NCBI GenBank assembly: GCA_965277805.1
Contig: OZ255842.1
Coordinates: forward strand, 5,120,001 to 5,184,000
DNA length: 64,000 nt
Reading direction: 5' to 3'
DNA from: Candidatus Lustribacter sp.
GTDB lineage: Bacteria > Vulcanimicrobiota > Vulcanimicrobiia > Vulcanimicrobiales > Vulcanimicrobiaceae
Below are positions 8,783 to 18,620 of this stretch, piece after piece (within the stretch, counting starts at the first letter, position 1; each line of letters starts with the position of its first letter). The translations under genes were made by a program, and so were the position numbers. A model generated the notes under the pieces. That model was not told the origin of the DNA and made no database searches. It saw only the letters and a program-made list of their open reading frames with translations.

Positions 8783-10366
8783 CTACATGCGGAAGATGCC
8801 GAAGGTTGACGGTTCGGGTGGGGCATAGCGGGCGGCGGCGAGGCCGAGGGCGAGGACGTCGCGCGTGTCGGCGGGATCGATGATGCCGTCGTCCCATAGG
8901 CGCGCGGTTGCGTAGTAGGGATTGCCTTCGGTTTCGTACTTAGCGAGGATCGGCGCTTTGAACGCGGCCTGCGCGGCGGCATCGAGCGGCGTGCCTTTCG
9001 CTTTGTCGGCTTCCATCCGCACGGTCAGCAGTGTGGATGCGGCCTGCGCGCCGCCCATGACGGAGATGCGCGCGTTCGGCCACATCCAGAGCTGGTTGGG
9101 CGAAAATGCGCGTCCGCACATGCCGTAGTTGCCGGCGCCGAAGCTGCCGCCGATGACCACGGTAAACTTCGGCACCGCGGCGCCGGCCACGGCCGTCACG
9201 AGCTTTGCGCCGTCTTTCGCAATGCCGCCGCGCTCGTATTCCTTCCCGACCATGAACCCGGTGATGTTCTGCAAGAACACGAGCGGCGTACCGCGTTTCG
9301 TGCACAGCTCGATGAAGTGCGCGCCCTTCAGCGCGCTCTCGCTGAACAGGATGCCGTTGTTTGCGAGGATGCCGACCGGGTGGCCGTCGATGTGGGCGAA
9401 CCCGCACACGAGTGTGGTGCCGTAGCGCGTCTTGAATTCGGCGAACGCCGAGGCGTCAACGATGCACGCAATCGCCTCGCGCACGTCGTAGGCCTGACGC
9501 GCGTCGGCCGGCACGACACCGTAGATCGCCTCGCGCGGTTGCTGCGGCGGACGCGACGCCGTGCGCGGCCATGCATCGTACGGCCGCACGTTCGCATGCG
9601 CGACCGCTTCGCGCACGAGGCCGAGCGCATGTTCGTCGTCGACCGCGCGATGATCGGCGACGCCCGAGATGCGCGTGTGCACGTCGGCGCCGCCCAGCTC
9701 TTCGGCCGAGACGATCTCGCCGGTCGCCGCTTGGACCAGCGGCGGTCCGCCAAGGAAGATCGTGCCGGTGCCCTCGACGATGATCGCTTCGTCGGACATC
9801 GCGGGCACGTAGGCGCCGCCGGCCGTGCACGAACCCATCACGGCGGCGATCTGCGGAATGCCGGCGGCCGACATGCGCGCCTGGTTGTAGAAGATGCGGC
9901 CGAAGTGGTCGCGGTCGGGAAACACGTCGGCTTGCAGCGGCAGAAATGCGCCGCCCGAATCGACGAGGTAAATGCACGGCAGGTGGTTTTGGGACGCGAT
10001 CTCTTGCGCGCGCAGATGCTTCTTCACCGTCATCGGGTAGTACGTGCCGCCCTTGACGGTGGCGTCGTTGGCCACGATCGCGCACCGCGTGCCGCTGACG
10101 ATCCCGATCCCGGTGATGATGCCGGCCGCCGGCGCGTCATCGTCGTACATTCCGTGCGCGGCGAGCGCCGAGAATTCGAGAAATGGCGAGCCGGGATCGA
10201 CGAGGCGGTCGATCCGTTCGCGCGCGGTCAGTTTGCCGCGCTGGTGATGGCGCTCGGTTGCCGCCGAGCCGCCGCCGGCGCGCACGCGCGTCAGGTGGGA
10301 GCGCAACTCTTCGACGAGGGCGCGCATCCCGGCGGCGTTGCGTTCGGCTGACGGATCCGGCGGCAT
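8783..10366 (-). CDS. 3-methylcrotonoyl-CoA carboxylase beta (carboxyltransferase) subunit, LiuB/AccD1-like
   Basis: [68 protein letters not shown]. Confidence 0.93.
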   Translation of the reverse strand: MPPDPSAERNAAGMRALVEELRSHLTRVRAGGGSAATERHHQRGKLTARERIDRLVDPGSPFLEFSALAAHGMYDDDAPAAGIITGIGIVSGTRCAIVANDATVKGGTYYPMTVKKHLRAQEIASQNHLPCIYLVDSGGAFLPLQADVFPDRDHFGRIFYNQARMSAAGIPQIAAVMGSCTAGGAYVPAMSDEAIIVEGTGTIFLGGPPLVQAATGEIVSAEELGGADVHTRISGVADHRAVDDEHALGLVREAVAHANVRPYDAWPRTASRPPQQPREAIYGVVPADARQAYDVREAIACIVDASAFAEFKTRYGTTLVCGFAHIDGHPVGILANNGILFSESALKGAHFIELCTKRGTPLVFLQNITGFMVGKEYERGGIAKDGAKLVTAVAGAAVPKFTVVIGGSFGAGNYGMCGRAFSPNQLWMWPNARISVMGGAQAASTLLTVRMEADKAKGTPLDAAAQAAFKAPILAKYETEGNPYYATARLWDDGIIDPADTRDVLALGLAAARYAPPEPSTFGIFRM

Positions 10367-10492
10367 GGCTTGAGCGGTTGCCGTGCAGAAGCAGCGGCCC
10401 CTCTTCGTCGCGGCTGAACGCCGCATGGGAGGGCGGTTAGAATAGCGCACCGATCGGCCGCAGATCGGCTGGGCGGCGCTATGATAGCGGAC

Positions 10493-11998
10493 ATGGCCGC
10501 CCTCACTTCCGCCGCACCGCCCGCGCCCGCCGCACTCTATCGTCCCCCCGGTCCGCTCGATCTCGCGACCGCGCTCGAACCGTATGCCGGCGGGTGGGGC
10601 GCGCGCCAAGCGGCGCACCTGTATCGGCGCGCGGGCTTCGGCGGCTCGCCGGACGACGTGGCGCGCGCGGCCGGCGCGGGGATGCGCGCGGCGGTCGACG
10701 GCTTCATCCGGTTCGCCGACACCTCGGCGTTACCGGCACAGCCGCAGCTCGACGACGATCGCCCCAGCCCGGGTCAACGCAAAACCCTCATCGCGGCCGC
10801 GGCGCAAGCGGGCGCCACCCCACAGTCGGATGCAGCGATCATGCAAGCGCGCAAAGCGATCGGGCGCGCGCGCCGCGACAACATGATTGCGATGGAGACG
10901 TGGCTTCTCGATCGCATGGTCAACACGCCGGCGCCGTTGCAAGAGAAGATGACGCTCTTCTGGCACGGGCACTTCACCAGCGCCTACCAGAAAGGCATTC
11001 CGGCGCAGGCGCTGGTCAATCAGAACAACCTCTTCCGCGCGAACGCGCTCGGCAACATCCGCGAACTGACGCTCAAGGTGTCGCAAGATCCGGCCATGCT
11101 GCGCTACCTCGACAACGCGCAGAACGTCAAGGCGCACCCGAACGAAAACTACGCCCGCGAACTGATGGAGCTCTTCACGCTCGGCATCGGTAACTACAGC
11201 GAAGCGGACGTGCGCGAATCGGCCCGCGCCTTTACCGGCTGGGGCATCGACCGCGACTACAACTTCCGCGATTTTCCCGTGCGCCACGACGACGGCAGCA
11301 AGACGTTCCTCGGCAGGACCGGGAACTTCACCGGCCGCGACATCGTCGAGATCATTTTCGCGCAGCCCGCCGCCGCGACGCTGTTGGCCAAAGATCTGCT
11401 GAATTTCTTCGTCTACAGCGATCCCGAACCGGCGCTGATCGAAGCGGTCGCCGCGCTGCTCCGCAAGAACGACTACAATTTGCAACCGGTGATGTCGACC
11501 GTGCTTCGCAGCAACCTGTTCTACAGCGACCGCGCCTACCGGGCGCTCGTGAAGAGCCCGGTACAGTTCGTGGTGGGCAGCTACCAGCTCTTCGGCATCA
11601 AGCAATCCGACCTCGTGGCGCTGGGCGCGCTGCGCCGGATGGGCCAGGTGCTGTTCTTACCGCCCAACGTCAAGGGCTGGGACGGCGGCGCGGCGTGGGT
11701 CAACAGCCAAACGATGCTCACGCGCGAGAACTTCGCCTCGAGCTTAATGGCGAAGATGGGCAGCGTGCCCTGGATGCAGCGTGCGTTGAGTTCGATGGAT
11801 CCGGCCAACGTCTCGCGCGCGCTCGTCGCGACGATCCTGCAGGGCGACGTGTCGCCCGCATCCAGCGCGAACCTCACCGGTTACCTCAACGGTAACAACG
11901 TCAGCGCGCTGGCTGCGCTCTCGGGCGAAAACGCCGACGAGCGCATCCGCGGCGCAGCCTATCTCACCATGGCGATGCCCGCCTACCAACTCGCATAA
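10493..11998 (+). CDS. DUF1800 family protein
   Basis: [61 protein letters not shown] 7 nt before ATG 10493. Confidence 0.9.
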   Translation: MAALTSAAPPAPAALYRPPGPLDLATALEPYAGGWGARQAAHLYRRAGFGGSPDDVARAAGAGMRAAVDGFIRFADTSALPAQPQLDDDRPSPGQRKTLIAAAAQAGATPQSDAAIMQARKAIGRARRDNMIAMETWLLDRMVNTPAPLQEKMTLFWHGHFTSAYQKGIPAQALVNQNNLFRANALGNIRELTLKVSQDPAMLRYLDNAQNVKAHPNENYARELMELFTLGIGNYSEADVRESARAFTGWGIDRDYNFRDFPVRHDDGSKTFLGRTGNFTGRDIVEIIFAQPAAATLLAKDLLNFFVYSDPEPALIEAVAALLRKNDYNLQPVMSTVLRSNLFYSDRAYRALVKSPVQFVVGSYQLFGIKQSDLVALGALRRMGQVLFLPPNVKGWDGGAAWVNSQTMLTRENFASSLMAKMGSVPWMQRALSSMDPANVSRALVATILQGDVSPASSANLTGYLNGNNVSALAALSGENADERIRGAAYLTMAMPAYQLA

Positions 11999-12007
11999 GA
12001 GGTTATC

Positions 12008-13219
12008 GTGAAACGCAACGCATTCTTGGCCGGAGCCGCGAGCGGGCTCGCCGTCGTCGGTCACACGGGCGGATTTTTCTCGCGCGCGCTCGCGCAAACG
12101 GCCACGCCGAATGACGATCGCGTGCTGGTGGTCGTCTACTTTCAAGGCGGCAACGACGGGCTGAACACGGTCGTGCCGTTCGGCATGCCGGCCTACTACA
12201 AGTACCGCCCGACGCTGGCCGTGGCGCAGAACGACGTGCTGCGCATCAACGATACGGTCGGCCTCAACCCGCAGCTCAAGCCGTTCAAGGACATGTACGA
12301 CAAGGGCCAGGTCGCGATCGTGCAGGGCGTGGGGTATCCGAACCCCGACTACTCGCACTTCCGCTCGACCGAGATCTGGGAAACCGCCGCGCCGGACAAA
12401 TACGCCTCGACCGGCTGGCTCGGACGCTACCTCGACGGCGCGAACGTGCCGTCCGAGAACCTCTTCAACGCCGTCGCGATCGCCGACGTGCTGCCCGAAG
12501 TGCTCGTTGCCGATCGGGTCGACGTTGCCGCCATCGCGCAGCTCAACGGTTACGGACTCGCCAGCGATCGCAGCAAAACGCTCGGCCGCGATGAGTTCCA
12601 TGCTTTCGTCGCCGACAACAACGTGCCGTTCCGTTCGCCGTATCTCGCGCAGGTCGCGTCGATCGAAGATCACGCGCAGCGCGGTGCCGAGGAGCTGCCG
12701 AAACTCATCGCCGGCTACAAGCCGGCCGCAACTTATCCGGAAACGCCGATCGGCCGCAGCCTCGGGCTTGCGGCGCAAGTGATCGGATCGAAGCTCGGCA
12801 CGCGCGTGCTCTACGTGCAGCTCGGGTCGTTCGATACGCACACGACGCAAAAGGCGACGCAAGACCGGCTGCTCGCCGATTTCGCCAACGCGATCAGCGC
12901 CTTCTACGCCGACCTCGCCGCGCACGGCGATGACAAGCGTGTCCTCACGATGACGTTCAGCGACTTCGGCCGCCGCGTTGCGGAGAACGGCAGCCGCGGC
13001 ACCGACCACGGTTCGGCTGCCCCCGTGTTCGTGATCGGCGGCGGCGTCAGGGGCGGACTCTACGGCGAGCATCCCTCGCTCGACGCCCTCGACGCCGGCA
13101 ACATGCGCTTCACGACCGACTTCCGCAGCGTCTATGCGACCGTGCTCGAGAAGTGGCTGCAGCGCCCCTCCTCAGCGATCGTGGGCCCGGGCTTCGCGCC
13201 CCTTCCCCTCTTGACGTAG
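12008..13219 (+). CDS. DUF1501 family protein with Tat-like signal
   Basis: GGNDGLNTVVP, YYKYRPTLA, SHFRS, FDTH, SDFGRR..ENGSRGTDHG, DFRSVYAT. Confidence 0.9.
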   Translation: MKRNAFLAGAASGLAVVGHTGGFFSRALAQTATPNDDRVLVVVYFQGGNDGLNTVVPFGMPAYYKYRPTLAVAQNDVLRINDTVGLNPQLKPFKDMYDKGQVAIVQGVGYPNPDYSHFRSTEIWETAAPDKYASTGWLGRYLDGANVPSENLFNAVAIADVLPEVLVADRVDVAAIAQLNGYGLASDRSKTLGRDEFHAFVADNNVPFRSPYLAQVASIEDHAQRGAEELPKLIAGYKPAATYPETPIGRSLGLAAQVIGSKLGTRVLYVQLGSFDTHTTQKATQDRLLADFANAISAFYADLAAHGDDKRVLTMTFSDFGRRVAENGSRGTDHGSAAPVFVIGGGVRGGLYGEHPSLDALDAGNMRFTTDFRSVYATVLEKWLQRPSSAIVGPGFAPLPLLT

Positions 13220-14389
13220 GTCCGGCTTCGAGAGCAGGTAGCCGGCAGTGGCGCTGATCCCGCCGATCAGCGCGAACAGGCCGAGCGTCGTCGTGGGCAA
13301 CCCGGTTTGGGCGCCGCTGAGCGTGCCGCCGAGTGCGCCGCCGAGCATGTTCGTCGAGCCGATGAGGCCCGCAGCGAGACCGGCGTCGTCGCGCGCTGCG
13401 CTCAGCAGCGCGCCGAACGCGCCCGGCGTGATGATCGCGACACCGAACGCGTAGAGCGACCATGTCGCGATGAAGCCGACGACCGATGGGAAATACGTGT
13501 CGACCGCGAACGCGACGATCGTCGCGACCAGCGTGAGCGCGATGCCGCCGGCGAACAGCGCTTCCGGATCGAGCGTGCGCACGAGCCGGGCCGAAAGCGC
13601 GGCCGCAACGATGAACGAGAGCGAGTTGATCGCGAACGCGATTGCGAATTGCGTGCTGGTCAAGTGAAGCTGCGCGATCAGGGCGAACGGCGAACCCGAG
13701 ATGAGCGCGAAGAATCCGAAGAACGATCCGCCGACGACCAGCATCAGTCCGAGCGTGCGCGGCAGCGCCAGCACGCGGCGATATGCGCCCCAGACGGGAT
13801 GTGCGATACGCGGCGACGTTTCGGGCAGCAGAAAGGCCACGATGACAACGAGCACGACGCCGATCACGGCTAACACGCCGTAGATCTGACGCCACCCGAG
13901 CGTTGCCAGGATGACGGCGCCGAGCAGCGGTGCGATGACCGGCGCGAAGCTGTTCACCGACGTGAGAATAGCTTGCCGAAACGTTGCGCTCGCACGATCG
14001 GTGGAAAGATCTTGCGCGATCGCTCGCCCGCACACGGTACCGGCACACGCACCGAGACCTTGCAAGAGACGCAGCGCGACGAGCAGACGCGCGTCCCCGA
14101 CCAGCGTGCAGGCGATGCCGGCCGCGGCGTAGAGCCCCAGACCCCAAAGCAACACCGGCCGACGTCCGATGCGGTCGGAGAGCGGCCCGAGGATGAGCTG
14201 ACCCAGTCCGAACGCAAGGATGAAGGCCGAAAGCGTCCACTGGAGCAGCGCGGGCGGCGAACCGAGTGCTTGGGCGATCAGCGGTAATGCGGGTAAGCTC
14301 GAGTCGATGGAAAGCGGCGGCAGCATCGTCAGCGAGCCGAGCATGACGAGGAACCAGGGCCCGCTCGTCCGCGCCTCGATCGCTTTCAC
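13172..14389 (-). CDS. Bcr/CflA family multidrug MFS exporter (start uncertain: 14389 or 14431)
   Basis: PLSIDSSLPALP, GPLSDRIGRRPVL, LRLLQGLG, APVIAPLLG, LPET; about 12 hydrophobic segments. Confidence 0.85.
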   Translation of the reverse strand: MKAIEARTSGPWFLVMLGSLTMLPPLSIDSSLPALPLIAQALGSPPALLQWTLSAFILAFGLGQLILGPLSDRIGRRPVLLWGLGLYAAAGIACTLVGDARLLVALRLLQGLGACAGTVCGRAIAQDLSTDRASATFRQAILTSVNSFAPVIAPLLGAVILATLGWRQIYGVLAVIGVVLVVIVAFLLPETSPRIAHPVWGAYRRVLALPRTLGLMLVVGGSFFGFFALISGSPFALIAQLHLTSTQFAIAFAINSLSFIVAAALSARLVRTLDPEALFAGGIALTLVATIVAFAVDTYFPSVVGFIATWSLYAFGVAIITPGAFGALLSAARDDAGLAAGLIGSTNMLGGALGGTLSGAQTGLPTTTLGLFALIGGISATAGYLLSKPDLRQEGKGREARAHDR

Positions 14390-14443
14390 TCCCGCCGTGA
14401 CCCGGCGCGCGAGTGAGGAGTTCCAGCGCATCGCCAGAACTGC

Positions 14444-14818
14444 ATGACCCTTCCCGTGAAAGCGATCGCCGATCCCGGCCTGCCGCCGCGCGCCACGCCG
14501 AAAAATTTCCTCGTTGCATGGCTGCTCGTACTCTTGCGGCGCTCGCACTTGCACGGCTACGAGATCATGAAGGAGCTGCGTGACGAATTCGGCATCGCCT
14601 GCGAACACGGCGCACTCTATCGCACGCTGCATCAACTCGAAGCCGGCGGGATGATTCGGTCTCACTGGGATGCGCACGACCCCGGTCCCGCCCGGCGCGT
14701 GTACGAGCTGACCGATACCGGCCGCGAAGCGCTGGTGGCGTGGAGCGACGCGCTCGGCGGTTACCGCGCCTCGCTCGAAAAATTCTTTCATCTCTATCAC
14801 GGGCTCACCGGCGAGTGA
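14444..14818 (+). CDS. PadR family transcriptional regulator, PhaQ-like
   Basis: PKNFL..., HGYEIMKEL, GALYRTLHQLE, SHWD..GPARRVYELT, LEKFF. Confidence 0.85.
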   Translation: MTLPVKAIADPGLPPRATPKNFLVAWLLVLLRRSHLHGYEIMKELRDEFGIACEHGALYRTLHQLEAGGMIRSHWDAHDPGPARRVYELTDTGREALVAWSDALGGYRASLEKFFHLYHGLTGE

Positions 14819-15609
14819 GCATCTCGATCCGCTTTCTCGGCACCGGCGGTGCGCGATTCGTCGTGGCCAAACAGATCCGCGCGTCGGGCGGCATGTGGAT
14901 GCGCTTCGGCGCGACGCAGGTGCACGTCGATCCGGGTCCGGGCGCGCTGGTTCGCGCGCTCGGCACGGTGCCGCCGGAGCGCCCGGCGGAACTCGACGCG
15001 ATCGTGCTCTCGCACAAGCATCTCGATCACGCCGGCGACGTCAACGCGATGATCGAAGCGATGGCGCAGGGCGGCTGGAAGCCGCGCGGAGCGCTCTTCG
15101 CCCCGCGCGATGCGTGGGAAGGCGACTCGATTCTGCTGCCGTACGTGCGCCATTTCGTGCCGCGGCACCAGATCGTCGACGAGCGCAGCGGCCCATGGCA
15201 CATCAACGACGTCGAGGTGCGCTCGTCGATCCGCCATCAGCATCCGGTCGAAACGTACGGGCTGCACTTCCGCTACGAGGGAACGACCGTCTCGTATCTG
15301 CCGTGCACGCGCTACTTCGATGCGCTGATCGAAGACTATCGCGCCCACGCGCCCGACGTGCTCGTGATCAACGTGCTGCGCTACGCCGACTCGATGGACG
15401 TCGACCACCTCACGCTCGATGATGCCAAACGGCTGATCGGCGGGATCGGCCCGCGCTCGGCGATCATGACGCACTTCGGCACGAAGATGCTCGAACGCGA
15501 CCCGCGCCGGATCGCCTACGACCTCGAGGACGAACTCGGGATTCGCGTCTATGCGGCGCACGACGGCTGGACGTATGACGCCCCGGTTCGGGGCACCGAT
15601 GTCGCTTGA
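14815..15609 (+). CDS. MBL-fold metallo-hydrolase
   Basis: IRFLGTGG, VDPGPG, SHKHLDH (HxHxDH), DHL, THFG, AHDG; GTGA overlap with PadR stop. Confidence 0.88.
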   Translation: MSISIRFLGTGGARFVVAKQIRASGGMWMRFGATQVHVDPGPGALVRALGTVPPERPAELDAIVLSHKHLDHAGDVNAMIEAMAQGGWKPRGALFAPRDAWEGDSILLPYVRHFVPRHQIVDERSGPWHINDVEVRSSIRHQHPVETYGLHFRYEGTTVSYLPCTRYFDALIEDYRAHAPDVLVINVLRYADSMDVDHLTLDDAKRLIGGIGPRSAIMTHFGTKMLERDPRRIAYDLEDELGIRVYAAHDGWTYDAPVRGTDVA

Positions 15610-16024
15610 GATCGCCGTCGCCAAGCCCGGCGACACGACGGCGTTCTGGAAGGCGAACGACCGCGCGTGGCGCGGCGAGTTGTGGGCGTTCAAGGTCGTC
15701 TGGCACGAGCAAACGCACGATATCACGGCGACCATCGACGACACGATCGTCGGCGCGCTGAACTTACGGATCGCCGCATCGCTCGCGCACGTGGAGGCGC
15801 TCTACGTCATTCCCGATCATCGCGGGCAGGGCATCGGCCGCGCCCTGGTCGCTCGGTCGGAAGAGATCGCGAACTACTACAACTGTCACAAGGTCAGCGT
15901 GGCGGTGATGAACGCGAGCCCGGCCCAGCGCTTTTTCACCGGCAGCGGCTATCATCTCGAGGCGGTGCTGCCGCAGCACACGTTCAAGCTCGACGTCGCG
16001 ATGCTGCGGAAATTCTTGCTGTGA
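15599..16024 (+). CDS. GNAT family N-acetyltransferase
   Basis: LYVIPDHRGQGIGRAL acetyl-CoA motif A. Confidence 0.85.
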   Translation: MSLEIAVAKPGDTTAFWKANDRAWRGELWAFKVVWHEQTHDITATIDDTIVGALNLRIAASLAHVEALYVIPDHRGQGIGRALVARSEEIANYYNCHKVSVAVMNASPAQRFFTGSGYHLEAVLPQHTFKLDVAMLRKFLL

Positions 16025-17490
16025 GCGACGACTCGCTCGATCCGCGCGATTGGGCGGAACTGCGTGCCCTCGCGCACCGCGCGCTCGACGAAACGTTCGA
16101 TGCGGTCGCGGGCATTCGCGAGCGGCCGCCGTGGCGCCCGATCCCGCCGGAGATCCGCGCTGCGATCGCCGCCGATCCGCTGCCGCGCGCGCCCGCCGAT
16201 CCGGCGCAGGTGTACGCGACGTTTCTCGAACGCGTCGCGCCGTATGCGGTCGACAACCGTCATCCGCGGTTCTTCGGGTGGGTGCACGGCGCGGGCACGC
16301 CGGCCGGCATCATCGCGGCGCTCCTCGCCGCCGGCATGAACGCGAACGTCGGCGGCCGCGATCACGCCGCGGTCGAGGTGGAACGCCGCGTGATCCGCTG
16401 GTGGTGCGAGGTCTTCGGATTCCCCGCAACGGCGAGCGGGATCCTTACCACCGGAACGTCGATGGCCAACCTCATCGCCATTCTGGTCGCGCGGCACAAA
16501 GCGCTGGCCCGCGTGCGCAGTGACGGCTTAGCCGGTGAGCCGGCACTCGTCGGCTACACGTCCGCCGAAGCGCACGCATCGCTGGCCGGAGCGTTCGACG
16601 TCGCGGGTTTGGGCAAAGCGGCGTTGCACCGGATTCCGTCCGCAGACGGCACCGCTTTTAGCGCGCAGTTGCTGCGAATGCTCATCGCGCACGATCGCGC
16701 CGCAGGACGCAAGCCGTTCATCATCATCGCGACGGCCGGCAGCGCGAGCACCGGAAGTATCGACGACCTCAACGCATTGGCCGGCATCGCGCGCGAAGAG
16801 AACCTCTGGTTCCACGTCGACGGCGCGTTCGGTGCACTGGCGCAACTCGCGCCGAGCTTGCGCGAACGCATCGCCGGTATCGAACGCGCCGACTCGATCG
16901 CCTTCGACCTGCACAAGTGGCTGCACGTGCCGTACGATTCGGGCGCGGTACTGATCCGCGACGGCGCGCTGCACGAAGCCACGTTCGCCGATCACGCACC
17001 GTACTTGCAGCGCAACACGCGCGGCACGGCCGCCGGCGAACCCTGGTTCACCGATTTCGGACCCGAACTCTCGCGCGGCTTTCGGGCGCTGGGCGTCTGG
17101 TTCACGATGAAGACGTACGGCCTCGACCGCTTCGGCGAACTGATCGCGCGCCAATGTGCCATGGCCCACGCGCTGGGCGAACGCATCAAAGCGACGTCGC
17201 CGCTAGAACTGCTCGCACCCGTTGCGCTGAACATCGTCTGCTTCCGCTACGTGCCGCCGCACCCGGCCGGCGAGCTGGATGAGCTCAGCGAGCGCCGGAC
17301 CGATGAGCTCAATGCGCGGCTCTTGATCGACCTTCAGGAACGGGGCTTGGCGGTGCCGTCGTCGACGCACGTCGACGGCAAGTTTGCGCTGCGCCTGAAC
17401 GTGATGAACCATCGTACGACGCAGGCTGACCTCGACGCCGTGCTGGCCGCCGTGCTCGAGCTAGGGAACGAGCTAGAGGCGTCCGCGTAG
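16021..17490 (+). CDS. Group II PLP-dependent (aromatic amino acid/glutamate/DAB) decarboxylase
   Basis: HPRFFGWV, GTSMAN, HVDGAFG, DLHKWLHVPYD (PLP Lys), ELSRGFRAL, NHRTT. Confidence 0.9.
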   Translation: MSDDSLDPRDWAELRALAHRALDETFDAVAGIRERPPWRPIPPEIRAAIAADPLPRAPADPAQVYATFLERVAPYAVDNRHPRFFGWVHGAGTPAGIIAALLAAGMNANVGGRDHAAVEVERRVIRWWCEVFGFPATASGILTTGTSMANLIAILVARHKALARVRSDGLAGEPALVGYTSAEAHASLAGAFDVAGLGKAALHRIPSADGTAFSAQLLRMLIAHDRAAGRKPFIIIATAGSASTGSIDDLNALAGIAREENLWFHVDGAFGALAQLAPSLRERIAGIERADSIAFDLHKWLHVPYDSGAVLIRDGALHEATFADHAPYLQRNTRGTAAGEPWFTDFGPELSRGFRALGVWFTMKTYGLDRFGELIARQCAMAHALGERIKATSPLELLAPVALNIVCFRYVPPHPAGELDELSERRTDELNARLLIDLQERGLAVPSSTHVDGKFALRLNVMNHRTTQADLDAVLAAVLELGNELEASA

Positions 17491-18588
17491 CGCGCGAAAA
17501 CGCTGGAACGCGCTCGGCGCCTGCAGCGGCGGCGGCTGCAGGCGCGCCGGTATCGGCTGCTGCGATTGCGCGATCGTTTGCCGGATCGGGCGCCATTCCG
17601 GCGGCAGCATTCCCCGCGATGCGAGCGCGCCGTCGTAGAGGTAGACGTTTCCGCGCGCGGTGACCGCATTGACCACCGGCCCTCCGCCGCCGACCATCGC
17701 GCTCACGTCGTTGTCGCCGCGCAGATCGAGCGGCGGGCGGCGGTCCCACAGCGAGTACACGCGACCTTCGCTCGAGCGCGCCCCGACCTGCGCGCCCGTG
17801 GCGAAGCCGATGCCGATCGAACCGTTAGTCGATTCGAAGCGCGCAAGTCCCGGATCGAAGGTGCCGTTGTCGTAGACGATGTTCCCCGAGACCGTCGAGA
17901 CCTCGATCTGCCGCGCGCGGTTGTGTTCGAAGACGAACGCGGCCGCATTGCCGCGCGCGCGCAAACGATCGAAGCTCGAGTCGGCGACGTCGAGGCGCCC
18001 GTTCATGAGCTGGACGAACGCGTCGCTCATCACGTCGTTGAGCATCATGCGTCCGCCGGCCGCGAGCGCGAAGAGCGTGCCGCCGTGGTAATCGTTGATG
18101 CTCACCACGCCTTGGCCTTTTTGAATGCGCGTGACGAGCAGGGCGGTCGTGGGCGGCACCATCACCGTGACGTGCGAGTCGTCCGCGGTCTGGATGCGCA
18201 CCGTGTCGTGCGCGCCGGCGCGGAAGTCGGAGGCGTAGGGGAATTCCTCAGGCGCGAGCGTTCCGCGGCCCATCGCTCCCGTCACCGGATCGCGCACCGC
18301 GATCGTTTGTACCGGAATGGAAACCGAGAGCGGCGTTTGCGCGGTGCCGAAGGTGATCGGCCGGCGCGTGACTTGCGCTGCTTCGTCGTCCGTGTCGAAC
18401 TGGACGTTGGGACGGTCCCAGCCCTTGACGGTGATCTCGGAGCGCGCGCCGGCCAGCACCTGAACTACGCTCTGATCGCCCATGAGGAAGGAACCGGTCG
18501 CCGCGTTTGCCGGCACAGGGTGAAAGAAACCGAGGAGGATAGCGAACCCGGCGGCTGCGCGCCGCAGGGCGTCGCGGACGGCGGCCAC
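17473..18588 (-). CDS. Secreted DUF4097-like beta-strand repeat protein
   Basis: Signal peptide ending PANA; repeats STVSGNI, STNGSI, SSEGRV, TARGNV; TATGAT 6 nt before GTG 18588. Confidence 0.65.
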   Translation of the reverse strand: MAAVRDALRRAAAGFAILLGFFHPVPANAATGSFLMGDQSVVQVLAGARSEITVKGWDRPNVQFDTDDEAAQVTRRPITFGTAQTPLSVSIPVQTIAVRDPVTGAMGRGTLAPEEFPYASDFRAGAHDTVRIQTADDSHVTVMVPPTTALLVTRIQKGQGVVSINDYHGGTLFALAAGGRMMLNDVMSDAFVQLMNGRLDVADSSFDRLRARGNAAAFVFEHNRARQIEVSTVSGNIVYDNGTFDPGLARFESTNGSIGIGFATGAQVGARSSEGRVYSLWDRRPPLDLRGDNDVSAMVGGGGPVVNAVTARGNVYLYDGALASRGMLPPEWRPIRQTIAQSQQPIPARLQPPPLQAPSAFQRFRALRGRL

Positions 18589-18620
18589 GGTCCGATCATA
18601 CCGCTCGGGGCACCCCGAGG

